Source of the DNA: Eledone cirrhosa
Lineage: Eukaryota
Direction: 5' to 3'
Length of the DNA: 64,000 nucleotides
Assembly: GCA_964016885.1 (NCBI GenBank)
Contig: OZ024764.1
Location: forward strand, 24,924,001-24,988,000
Shown here: in pieces, positions 11,803 through 23,589 of the stretch
Layout of the letters: every line of letters begins with the position of its first letter
How positions within the stretch are numbered: position 1 is the stretch's first letter
Notes under the pieces: model-generated
Told to the model about the DNA's origin: nothing
The model's input: only the letters and a program-made list of their open reading frames with translations
Databases searched by the model: none
Translations under genes and position numbers: made by a program

Positions 11803-12592
11803 CATACACACATACACGCCCACACACATATACACATATACACATATATATACACATACACACATACACATACACATATATATACACATGCATATATACA
11901 CACATATATATACATACACACATATATATACACACAATCTTACATTCTTATTTGCATGCGCATATATGTATTTTTATATTCAGATATAAATACCCAAACA
12001 TATATACACCTACCTACATATATATTCATACATACACGCTTACAAACACAGATGATAATAGTATGGGGGAAAGGGGGGGGGTTGGAGAAGGGGATTATAG
12101 TAAATATATGTTTCAAGAAACATAGAATATTATCTGTATCTGGATCCAATGTATGTTTTTACATAGTTTCAGTGTTAGGAAATACAAGAAATAAGGCAAA
12201 ATTTATGCATTTCAAAATAAATAAGTATACCATTAATTATATGTTAACTAAACTAAAGATAGTTAACATATTGATTTCTAAGGTGTAAATTAGTTAGATT
12301 TATAATATTTGAAGCAGAATTTTGAAGTTAAATAGTAGTAGAGTATTAATTATAGTATAACTAAATTAAAGTTAATAACGTTATGGTATCAATATTAGGA
12401 AATGAATTTAGTAATAGGGAAAAAACAAATAAAGTATTACATCGGTAGTAGAATATAAATTATAGGTTAACTAAATTAAAAATTATATATTAATTTCTAT
12501 AGTATATGTTAATTAGGTATATAATAAATAAAACAGATATTGTATTTTATCAATAGCAGAATATAATTATATGCAAATAGAAATCAAAATTA

Positions 12593-12623
<31 letters not shown>

Positions 12624-12648
12624 CACATATATATATACATATATATAC

Positions 12649-12683
<35 letters not shown>

Positions 12684-13171
12684 TACACATACATATACAT
12701 ACATACATATACATATTTTTTCAAAAATTGCAAAGAATATATTAACTAGGTATATATCCAAAACACGTCCCATTCTATGATTACATGACATTCTGCAATC
12801 CGTCTGTATAAGGATACTAATTTTAAGCCAATTAAATTAAATTTTTAGGTTGACTAAATTTAAAACCAAATTATAAATATATTTCTAAAATGTATATTAA
12901 TTAGGTCTATAATACTAAAAATTATTTCTCTGTCATTGGATATACGATATTTTGTTATATTTTATCTGTAAAGGAATTTTAATAAAAGGTTTAAATAAAT
13001 TAAAATTAATCTATAAATTAAATTACTAAGTATATATTAGTAATATTTAAAGGTTTTTCACAATTTATGATTACACAATATTTTATATTCTCATCTGTAA
13101 TAGAATTTTAATTAAATTAAATTTATAGGTTAACTAACATTTAAATTAAATTAATTTCTAAAATAATGTTA

Positions 13172-14716
13172 TTAATTAGGTTTATAATATTTAAATGTTT
13201 TTTTTAGTTTATGATTACACGATATAATTAATTCCTGTCGTTTATTTAATAGGATATCCTTAGATTTCATTATTTCAAATAGTTCTTGGGAACATAATCT
13301 ACATTCATTTCTATTATTTTGATAAGGGGTGGCTCTTTTGAGCACACTCCAGGTCAAATCATATTCTATATTCTTATTTTTATAACTATTGATTTTTTCT
13401 GCTAGAGATGTTGTATTAGCCAGTGCGGCATTTTTAAAACTATGCTTGTGGGTATTAAACCTTGTCTTAAAATTGTTAGAGGTAGCTCCTATATATGAGC
13501 AAATAGAATCTTTAGTTTTAACATTACATTTATAGACTATGTTGTTAACAAGACAATTCCCTTTTAATGGGCAGTTTGCTTTGTTTCTACAGTTACAACC
13601 TTTCGTTAATTCTGTATTTGAGGAGATATTATGGTTAATTTGATGTACTGGTGGTATACTTATGGTTTTCTTACATTTATATGCATTATAGGCACTTATA
13701 TTTTGTTTTATGTTATTTGTTGTAGAGTATGAGAATTTAACTGTAGACCTATTTAAGATTTGATGGTATTTGTGGTTTGGCGGGAAGTTTTTCTCTAGGA
13801 TATAAAAAAACTTTTTAGCAATATTATCCTTAATTTGTAAATTAAATGGAGCATTATACCAAGTAACCCGTCTATTACGGTTTCTATGTTGTTTATTATT
13901 TTTATTATTTTTATAGGTTGTATCGTGATGTTTACTAGGAGGATTAATGTTAATGATCTCACCACAACCATTTTTAGTTATATTTGTAGATTTAGGTGTT
14001 TTATCCTTTTTATTAGGAGTTTTATTATTAATATTTATTAGAGTTGTATGATGAGTAGTTTTTTGAGAGTTACTATATTTTATATTAGAAGATTTGGTAT
14101 TTTGGGGTATAGTGTGGGTGGCATTTAGGTGTGTACTTTTCATTTGGTGTTTGTTGGTAATATTAGGTTGTATGCTTTCAGTATTTTTAGTAGAAGGTAT
14201 ATATTCTAATCTATTTTTGTGGCCACTTCTATCTAGAGCTTCGTTATAGAAGGTCGCATTTTTATCAAATACATCTTGGTTAGAAGAAAGGTTAGAAATT
14301 CTAAGTGATATATTATATGCAAGGTTTTTAAGGATAGATTTAGGGTGATTAGATTGTGAGTGTATGTAATGTAAGTTTTGGTTTGGTTTATGGTAAGGTT
14401 GGTAGATACCCGTAGCTAAATCTAAAGTTATATCTAGGAAATTTACTACTTTACTTGTTTTTTCAAAAGTAATATGAAGATTATAATAGTCTTTAAGGAA
14501 AGTTCTAATATGTTTTTTGTTTTTTTCAATTTCTGAAAGGCTAAGGTTGTTAGAAAGAAGAAGACAGTCATCACGATATAAACCACCTTTGAGGTGGGGA
14601 AAGGAGGCATTTATGTTGAAAAGGAGAAAGAGGCCCACAAGATCAGTAATTTGGGCGGAATCGCTTGAACCCATAGTAATATCAAATAGATTACTATATG
14701 TGTTTCTGGTCCAGTA
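13172..14716 (-). CDS. PLE RT C-terminal half + thumb + GIY-YIG endonuclease, 5'-truncated but uninterrupted
   Basis: YWTRN...FDITMGSSDSAQI, GLYRDD, NFLDITLDL, YHKPN, WYNAPF, CNCRNKANCPLKGNC, VYKC..SYIGAT..FKTRF..H, CRLCSQE, LNKRQE..SCNH. Confidence 0.9.
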   Translation of the reverse strand, partial: YWTRNTYSNLFDITMGSSDSAQITDLVGLFLLFNINASFPHLKGGLYRDDCLLLSNNLSLSEIEKNKKHIRTFLKDYYNLHITFEKTSKVVNFLDITLDLATGIYQPYHKPNQNLHYIHSQSNHPKSILKNLAYNISLRISNLSSNQDVFDKNATFYNEALDRSGHKNRLEYIPSTKNTESIQPNITNKHQMKSTHLNATHTIPQNTKSSNIKYSNSQKTTHHTTLININNKTPNKKDKTPKSTNITKNGCGEIININPPSKHHDTTYKNNKNNKQHRNRNRRVTWYNAPFNLQIKDNIAKKFFYILEKNFPPNHKYHQILNRSTVKFSYSTTNNIKQNISAYNAYKCKKTISIPPVHQINHNISSNTELTKGCNCRNKANCPLKGNCLVNNIVYKCNVKTKDSICSYIGATSNNFKTRFNTHKHSFKNAALANTTSLAEKINSYKNKNIEYDLTWSVLKRATPYQNNRNECRLCSQELFEIMKSKDILLNKRQELIISCNHKLKKTFKYYKPN

Positions 14717-14718
14717 TT

Positions 14719-15663
14719 CACACTATACCCCAAAATACCAAATCTTCTAATATAAAATATAGTAACTCTCAAAAAACTACTCATCATACAACTCTAATAA
14801 ATATTAATAATAAAACTCCTAATAAAAAGGATAAAACACCTAAATCTACAAATATAACTAAAAATGGTTGTGGTGAGATCATTAACATTAATCCTCCTAG
14901 TAAACATCACGATACAACCTATAAAAATAATAAAAATAATAAACAACATAGAAACCGTAATAGACGGGTTACTTGGTATAATGCTCCATTTAATTTACAA
15001 ATTAAGGATAATATTGCTAAAAAATTTTTTTATATCCTAGAGAAAAACTTCCCGCCAAACCACAAATACCATCAAATCTTAAATAGGTCTACAGTTAAAT
15101 TCTCATACTCTACAACAAATAACATAAAACAAAATATAAGTGCCTATAATGCATATAAATGTAAGAAAACCATAAGTATACCACCAGTACATCAAATTAA
15201 CCATAATATCTCCTCAAATACAGAATTAACGAAAGGTTGTAACTGTAGAAACAAAGCAAACTGCCCATTAAAAGGGAATTGTCTTGTTAACAACATAGTC
15301 TATAAATGTAATGTTAAAACTAAAGATTCTATTTGCTCATATATAGGAGCTACCTCTAACAATTTTAAGACAAGGTTTAATACCCACAAGCATAGTTTTA
15401 AAAATGCCGCACTGGCTAATACAACATCTCTAGCAGAAAAAATCAATAGTTATAAAAATAAGAATATAGAATATGATTTGACCTGGAGTGTGCTCAAAAG
15501 AGCCACCCCTTATCAAAATAATAGAAATGAATGTAGATTATGTTCCCAAGAACTATTTGAAATAATGAAATCTAAGGATATCCTATTAAATAAACGACAG
15601 GAATTAATTATATCGTGTAATCATAAACTAAAAAAAACATTTAAATATTATAAACCTAATTAA
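14719..15663 (+). CDS. Inverted duplicate of the PLE2 linker + GIY-YIG domain (no real start)
   Basis: Protein is identical to the C-terminal part of 13172-14716 from HTIPQNTK onward. The ORF-track start at 14698 is antisense RT sequence. Confidence 0.85.
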   Translation, partial: HTIPQNTKSSNIKYSNSQKTTHHTTLININNKTPNKKDKTPKSTNITKNGCGEIININPPSKHHDTTYKNNKNNKQHRNRNRRVTWYNAPFNLQIKDNIAKKFFYILEKNFPPNHKYHQILNRSTVKFSYSTTNNIKQNISAYNAYKCKKTISIPPVHQINHNISSNTELTKGCNCRNKANCPLKGNCLVNNIVYKCNVKTKDSICSYIGATSNNFKTRFNTHKHSFKNAALANTTSLAEKINSYKNKNIEYDLTWSVLKRATPYQNNRNECRLCSQELFEIMKSKDILLNKRQELIISCNHKLKKTFKYYKPN

Positions 15664-16151
15664 TAACATTATTTTAGAAATTAATTTAATTTAAATGTTA
15701 GTTAACCTATAAATTTAATTTAATTAAAATTCTATTACAGATGAGAATATAAAATATTGTGTAATCATAAATTGTGAAAAACCTTTAAATATTACTAATA
15801 TATACTTAGTAATTTAATTTATAGATTAATTTTAATTTATTTAAACCTTTTATTAAAATTCCTTTACAGATAAAATATAACAAAATATCGTATATCCAAT
15901 GACAGAGAAATAATTTTTAGTATTATAGACCTAATTAATATACATTTTAGAAATATATTTATAATTTGGTTTTAAATTTAGTCAACCTAAAAATTTAATT
16001 TAATTGGCTTAAAATTAGTATCCTTATACAGACGGATTGCAGAATGTCATGTAATCATAGAATGGGACGTGTTTTGGATATATACCTAGTTAATATATTC
16101 TTTGCAATTTTTGAAAAAATATGTATATGTATGTATGTATATGTATGTGTA

Positions 16152-16186
<35 letters not shown>

Positions 16187-17025
16187 GTATATATATGTAT
16201 ATATATATGTGTATGTATATGTATATGTATATGTATTAATTTTGATTTCTATTTGCATATAATTATATTCTGCTATTGATAAAATACAATATCTGTTTTA
16301 TTTATTATATACCTAATTAACATATACTATAGAAATTAATATATAATTTTTAATTTAGTTAACCTATAATTTATATTCTACTACCGATGTAATACTTTAT
16401 TTGTTTTTTCCCTATTACTAAATTCATTTCCTAATATTGATACCATAACGTTATTAACTTTAATTTAGTTATACTATAATTAATACTCTACTACTATTTA
16501 ACTTCAAAATTCTGCTTCAAATATTATAAATCTAACTAATTTACACCTTAGAAATCAATATGTTAACTATCTTTAGTTTAGTTAACATATAATTAATGGT
16601 ATACTTATTTATTTTGAAATGCATAAATTTTGCCTTATTTCTTGTATTTCCTAACACTGAAACTATGTAAAAACATACATTGGATCCAGATACAGATAAT
16701 ATTCTATGTTTCTTGAAACATATATTTACTATAATCCCCTTCTCCAACCCCCCCCTTTCCCCCATACTATTATCATCTGTGTTTGTAAGCGTGTATGTAT
16801 GAATATATATGTAGGTAGGTGTATATATGTTTGGGTATTTATATCTGAATATAAAAATACATATATGCGCATGCAAATAAGAATGTAAGATTGTGTGTAT
16901 ATATATGTGTGTATGTATATATATGTGTGTATATATGCATGTGTATATATATGTGTATGTGTATGTGTGTATGTGTATATATATGTGTATATGTGTATAT
17001 GTGTGTGGGCGTGTATGTGTGTATG

Positions 17026-17064
<39 letters not shown>

Positions 17065-17315
17065 GTGTGTATGTATGTATGTATATATGTGTGTGTATAT
17101 ATATGTATGTCTCTCTATTTATATGTCTATCTTCGTATCTATGTGGGTATATGTGTGTATGTGCATGTATGCACATGTATGTGTTTACGTGTATATGTGT
17201 GTATGTGTATGTATGTGCGTGTGCGCACACACATATATATGTGAGTGTGTGTGTGTGTGTGTGTGTATGTGTATATATATATATATATCTATGTGTGTAT
17301 ATATGTCTATATTCG

Positions 17316-17362
<47 letters not shown>

Positions 17363-17580
17363 TATTATTATAATATAACTTATGTGTATGTGTGTATATG
17401 TGAGGGTGTGTATATGTATATATATGTGTATATATATGTGTAAAAAAATATATATATGTATGTCTGTTTTTTGTGTGTGTGTATATATATGTATGTGTAT
17501 ATATATGTGTATGTGTGTGTTTGTATGTTTTGTATGTGTGTTTATGGTTGTATGTGTGTGTGGGTGTATATATATAAATG

Positions 17581-17611
<31 letters not shown>

Positions 17612-17942
17612 GTGTATATATATCTCTATTAATGCGTGTATATATGTATATGTATATGCCTTTTTCTTTGTATGTCTGAGTTGTGTGAGGGTGTAGTGGT
17701 GTTTGTATGTATATACGCATATATGGATGCGTATGTATTTGTATATATGAGTATATGTAAGTGCGTATGTATGTATGAATATATATCTAATTCTATGTAT
17801 GAGTATATATGTGTGTGTATATATGTTGTGTGTGTATGTATGTATGTGTCTATGTGTGTATATATATGTATATATGTGTGTGTATGTATGTATGTATGTG
17901 TATGTATGTACATATATGTCTATGTATGTGTGTATGTATATG

Positions 17943-17989
<47 letters not shown>

Positions 17990-18179
17990 TTATTTTATAT
18001 ATATGTGTGTGTGTGTATGTGTGTGTGTATATATATATCTTTATATATGTGTATGTGTATGTTCGTGTAGGTATATGTGTGTGTATGACTATATATGTAT
18101 GTATGTATGTGTGTATGTATGTATATGTATGTGTGTGTACATGTATGTATGTGTATGTATGTATATGTGTGTATATGTG

Positions 18180-18214
<35 letters not shown>

Positions 18215-18517
18215 ATATATATATATATATATATGTATATGTATCTCTATTTGTATATATATATGTATATAGGTATATACCTTTTTCTTTGTATGTCTGA
18301 GTTGTGTGAGAGTGTAGTGGTGTTTGTATGTATATACCGATATATGGATGCGTAAGTATTTGTGTGTATGTATATATGTATATCTGTATGAATTTGCGTC
18401 TATATATAGGTATGTATGTGTATATCTGTATGTATATAAGTATGTATGTGTATGTATATGTGCGTGTATGTGTGTATATATATGTGTGTCTATATAGTAT
18501 GTGTGATTATATGTGTA

Positions 18518-18578
<61 letters not shown>

Positions 18579-19313
18579 TGTGTGTATATGTGTGTATGTG
18601 TGTATATGTATATGTTTATATATGTGTGTGTATGTATGTTCTAAGTGTGGATGTGTGTATATGTATGTATGTGTTTATATATATGTATATATATATATAT
18701 ATATATGTATGTATATATATATATATATATATTTTCTTGATATATTTCTTTTTTCTTTTTATTTTCTTAGTTTATAGATACATCTATAATAAGCAGTCTG
18801 CCCAAACCGTTGAATACTGACCTCTTCCCCCCTCCCACCTAATTTCTGTATCTTGATCTAAATGTGTGTGACAGTGTTTATGTGAGTGAATTAATATCCA
18901 TGTGCTTATGATATTATATCCACACATATATATATGTGAGTGGGGGTGTGTGTGTGTTTGTATGTTCGTAATTATGTGTATGTTTATGCATATACGCGCG
19001 CGTGTGTGTGATTGTACGGATATGTGTGAGTATGAGAATATGTGTATACACTTATTTCATATTTATGTGTCTATACGCATCTTATCTGTGCATTATAAAC
19101 TTACAGAGACATTAACCTTGAAATTTTGTATTTGCATCCATCCTTTTGGTATGCGTATACATGTTGAGCATACATTTTTGTAAAATATGTGTAAGGGTAG
19201 TTACATGTATATACACACACCGAACTGCATAAAACCTTTTGTATTTTCATTGGTCAATTTTGTTCCCAAACGGACCTGAAATTTTGAATTGTTGTTATTA
19301 TCAATAAATATAT

Positions 19314-19467
19314 TTCATTATTTCTGAAGACGGCGTATATATGTGTTGGTATGTATATTTAATCTTGATAGTTTGTATAATTTTGTATAATTTTGTACAT
19401 AGATCTGTTGAATATGCATGCCAATTCTAACACATATATATCCTAGAAACGATCGTTAAATAATGAA
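19314..19467 (+). ncRNA. Type-I hammerhead ribozyme with 115-nt stem II (family E)
   Basis: UUCAUUAUUU-CUGAAGA-[19331-19445 hairpin]-GAAA-CG-au-CG-UU/AAAUAAUGAA: perfect 10-bp stem I, palindromic ACGAUCGU stem III, GUU triplet. Confidence 0.75.
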
Positions 19468-19661
19468 CTTTTTTTGTTTAATATAAGGAACTGTTTCATT
19501 GTTTTATTCATTATTTGTTTAATATTTTATCTTGACTCTGTATACCGTTTATCTTTCACCGAAAGTGATTTTTCATTACATCTCTTCTTTCCATGATATC
19601 CGGAATACATTGAGTTCTTCATACGGATTGGACACTACCGTAAACTCTTGGTAGATTTATC

Positions 19662-19720
<59 letters not shown>

Positions 19721-20296
19721 GTGTATGTATATGTATGTATATGAATATATTTTATATATGTGTGTGTGTTTTTATGTGTGTATATGTGTTTGTGTGTGTG
19801 TTTATGGTTGCGCGTAAGTGTGTGAGTGAGTATGTTTTTTTGTGAATGTGTCTGTTGATTTTTGGCATATAGTTGATTAGTTTAAGAGAAGTTCGAAGAT
19901 AATTGTAAGATATGCACTCAGTATTTTGAATCTGTCTACAGAATTCTCTAGACCTTTGTCACTTGGTAGAACCTTAATGATTTTAGCATTTGAAGAATCT
20001 CCCTTTTCTTTAATTCTATCGACCATGACTGACCCCCCACTGATTTTATAGACATCTGTTAGCTTAAGAGAAACTTAATGACAAAGTATGGTATGCCATC
20101 CGGAACCTGTTTATAGAATTCTGTCTGCCCTTGTTACTCTAAAAACATAAATAAATAAAAATAAACTATAGCTTTGTAGAATTAGCTTTTAATGAATTCC
20201 CTTTTCTATCAACCAATGACCTACACCCATCCCACTCCCCACCCTCTCCTACCACTTGTAGAGACCTATAAATACCATACTTATTTTTTGATACCC

Positions 20297-20347
20297 AGAT
20301 TCCTGATGATTTCTAATGAATGAAACAGTTCTAGTTCTGTAGAATCT
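20297..20347 (+). ncRNA. Type-I hammerhead ribozyme (family D) in terminal pLTR
   Basis: AGAUUC-CUGAUGA-U-UUC-uaau-GAA-U-GAAA-CAG-uucuaguu-CUG-UA/GAAUCU; TATAAATA lies about 30 nt upstream (20267). Confidence 0.8.
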
Positions 20348-20429
20348 CATCTATATTAATACTTTTATACTCTGCTATGTATTGAGTACCTTACTTACTG
20401 TGGTTACCTCCGATTCAACCCGGAATAAC

Positions 20430-20487
<58 letters not shown>

Positions 20488-20495
20488 ATATTTAT

Positions 20496-20702
<207 letters not shown>

Positions 20703-20721
20703 TAGACAGATATATATAGAC

Positions 20722-23035
20722 ATCATCATAATCAGTTCGAGCTTGCTCGGCTTTCTACGACACGCTTCCTCCATCCATCTCTGTCTCTCATAGCGTTTGC
20801 CAGTTCTTCCGCAGTGCATCCAGTATCGTCCTCAAGTTGCTTGACGTATGTCTTCTTGGGACGACCAGCGTTTCTTGCTCCATGAGATGGACTCCATAAC
20901 AACACATCACCTGCTATTTCTTCCTTGCGGTGCCAACAATGGCCAGCAAGTCTGAGTCTCTGCCCATGTGTTGACCTGCTGATAGGTGGTATATTGCCAT
21001 AGAGATCCTTATTTGTTGGGTGTTCCCTCCAAGACACATTTAAAGCAGCGCAGAGCATACGTGTGTATGCCCCGTCTAACTTTTTCTCCAGTTTCGAAGT
21101 TAGCGTCCAAGTGACAGAGCCATAAACCTGCACAGATTCCACAGCAGCTCTGAAGAAACTCCTTTTCAGTTTGGCCGGCAGGTTTGATTTCTTTATATTT
21201 TTCATTGCATTCAGTGCTCCCCAGGCTTTTCCCAGTCTGATGTTAACATCATGTTCTGTGGAGGCGATATAGCTACCCAGGTATTTGAAGTCGTCAACTT
21301 GCTTGATTATATCGCCGTTTAGACTTCGCATACCAACTGAGGAGTCTTGGTTCACGCAAATATATTCTGTTTTGCCTACGTTGACATAGAGTCTGATTTC
21401 CTTTGCAACTGATTCGATGCTGTGAAGTAGTGATGTTGCATCCTTAAGGTAGTCAGCGAGGACCGCTAAATCATCCGCATAGTCAGCATCGGTGATTTTC
21501 TGAGCTGCATGACGTCTACACTTTCACTTTGTGAGAGTGAAACCAAGCTCTAAGTTTTCGTCCAAGGCTTTTGTCAATACATAGTCGAGGCAGATAATAA
21601 AAATAAATGGTGCAAGAGTATCCCCTTGGAGTATTCCTGCAATGATGTCAAAGAAGTTGGTATCTCCATCAGGTGAGCGCACCATTGCGCGGGTGTTTTT
21701 ATATAACATCATGATGGCATTTACTGTTTCCCTTGGCAAGCCGTAGGCTAGTAGTATCTCTCTCATCCTCCCACGATGGATGGAATTGAATGCTTTTGAA
21801 AAGTCAATAAACAGGAGAGTTGCTGGGAGGTTTTGGGCTTTTACGCCTTCCAAGATACGCCGAATTGTAAGTATTTGCCCTGATGTTGATCTGTTGGTGC
21901 GGAAGCCATTTTGGTTTTTTCTCAGCAAGGGGTCAATGACAGGTCTTATTCTGTCAAACAGCATGAGATTGTATATCTTTGCGGCAATTGCCATTAGTGT
22001 TTTGCCACGGTAGTTTTTAGCCATTCCAAGATCGCCCTTTTTGGGAAAAGGGAGTATACATCCCTCAGACCATTTGTCTATGGGGTCTTGATTATAGACA
22101 CTATTACACAACTCTAGTAGGATTGGGTGAAATTCAGGTACCTTCCACACTTTAGCCGGGATCTCGTCGAGTCCGCACGAATTTCCGTTACCAATACTTT
22201 TCACTGCCTTCTGTAGTTCCTCCAAAGTGAAAGGACCTTTCTGTATTTGGTGTTCCTCTGTAAAAACTGGTATTATTTCTTCTTCGATGATCTGTGGTGC
22301 CTTGCCAAGTAGGTTTTGAAAATGTTGTTGCCACAGTTTTAAACCTTCATCCTGGCTGGAGGCTTTCAGTTTGGCTCTGTCACTACTTTTTCTGCCACTA
22401 ATTTCATTGACAGTTTTCCAGGCTTCAGCAGACTTCTTATTGCTGACAGGACTCGAGATATGATTGATCTTTCTCTGCATGTATTCGGCTTGCTCAATTT
22501 CATACTCACTTTTCAGTGCTGTACAAGCAGCACTGAAGTTACTAATGTTTTCTGGAGATCGTTGAGTGTCTTTCAATTCTGCAGCTTTTCGCAACTTTTG
22601 CGCTTTTGGCGTATCCTCTCTGTTTCCCAGGGTTTTCGTTTTTTAATCTTGGGTTTTAAAGGGATGGTGTCGACCGCTGCCTCTTTGAATGCCATTTGAA
22701 AGTGGTTAAATGTAGAATTTGAAAATTTTGCTGGCGCAGAGTCTTGTAGGACAGCAAATCAGTTGCTCAGTTGGGTTACAAAGGTTTTGTAAGTCTCAGG
22801 ATTGGTATTCAGAACTAGCCAGTTGTAAGGAGTAACATTTGCATATGTCAGGCCACTCTCGAGTGCTACTGGTAACATGTAACTGGTAACATGTAACCTG
22901 TCGCATGGTCGGGTCGTCGTTGACTAAACCGGCAACCCCATCAAGTTTACTTGGTGAGGAGGGTGATTTTGGACATCCTGCAGGACAAAAACAAAACCTG
23001 ACAAAAGGCTCATAAGAGTCAACGGCCATCCAAAA
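20722..23035 (-). mobile_element. RTE-clade LINE (second family), RT frameshifted near 21525, endonuclease apparently deleted
   Basis: ORFs 21524-22594 (PFPKKGD, NYRG, QNGFR, FIDFSKAF, GILQGDTLAPFIF) and 20732-21355 (FKYLGS, LAGHC, GRPKKT). DADYADDL lies near 21470 and the (gat)n-like tail at 20722. Segment 22850-23035 is tentatively 5' UTR. Confidence 0.85.
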
Positions 23036-23044
23036 ATTGTGTAA

Positions 23045-23075
<31 letters not shown>

Positions 23076-23406
23076 CTTGGTAGCCTTGGTAGGCAATCTG
23101 TCTAGGAGAGGGACCACTCTGATTTCAAAGCCGGGCGGACAGAGCTCTTTGGCCCTTATCGGCAATCTGTTAAACCAATCCTGACTGGGTTAAATGACGA
23201 CATTGGTAAGCAGGATGTCGTATCAGTAGATAAAGCAATGATCAAGTAACTATGAATTTGGTTCATTCTACTAGTGGCAAGGCGATCATATCAACTATTG
23301 TTGGATGTTTCGGTGACGCACAAATGCTCTAATACCGAGTACTGCTTTCACTTGTATGGAGTAGCGACCGCAAGTGTATATCCAGCTATTGAAAGCTAAA
23401 TATGAC

Positions 23407-23450
<44 letters not shown>

Positions 23451-23487
23451 GTCATATTTAGCTTTCAATACAACTGTTGTGTAGCCA

Positions 23488-23554
<67 letters not shown>

Positions 23555-23589
23555 GTGGCTACACAACAGTTAGTTCACCATACCGAGAA

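Larger units (their letters stand above)
9558..19666. mobile_element. Penelope-like element 2 (Naiad type) as a ~10-kb head-to-head inverted duplication
   Basis: Arms 9558-14116 and 14719-19530 are near-identical reverse complements, differing in microsatellite lengths and a ~250-bp indel near 17820-18075. The 602-bp spacer encodes RT on the minus strand. There is an HHR near each outer end and (TA)n on both flanks. Confidence 0.85.
5084..20430 (+). mobile_element. Penelope-like element 1 (Naiad type): inverted pLTR piece, 5'-truncated ORF, microsatellite-rich 3' region interrupted by nested insertions, terminal pLTR with HHR
   Basis: Segment 5084-5235 is the near-exact reverse complement of 20211-20362, and the ORF lies at 5235-7096. 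Joining both ends into one element across the nested inserts is an inference. Confidence 0.65.

Noticed and set aside
5235-15663. Selenocysteine (in-frame UGA) recoding, reported for some Naiad PLEs
   Set aside because: The visible ORF parts have ordinary Cys codons and no in-frame UGA at conserved Cys positions; the missing 5' parts cannot be assessed.
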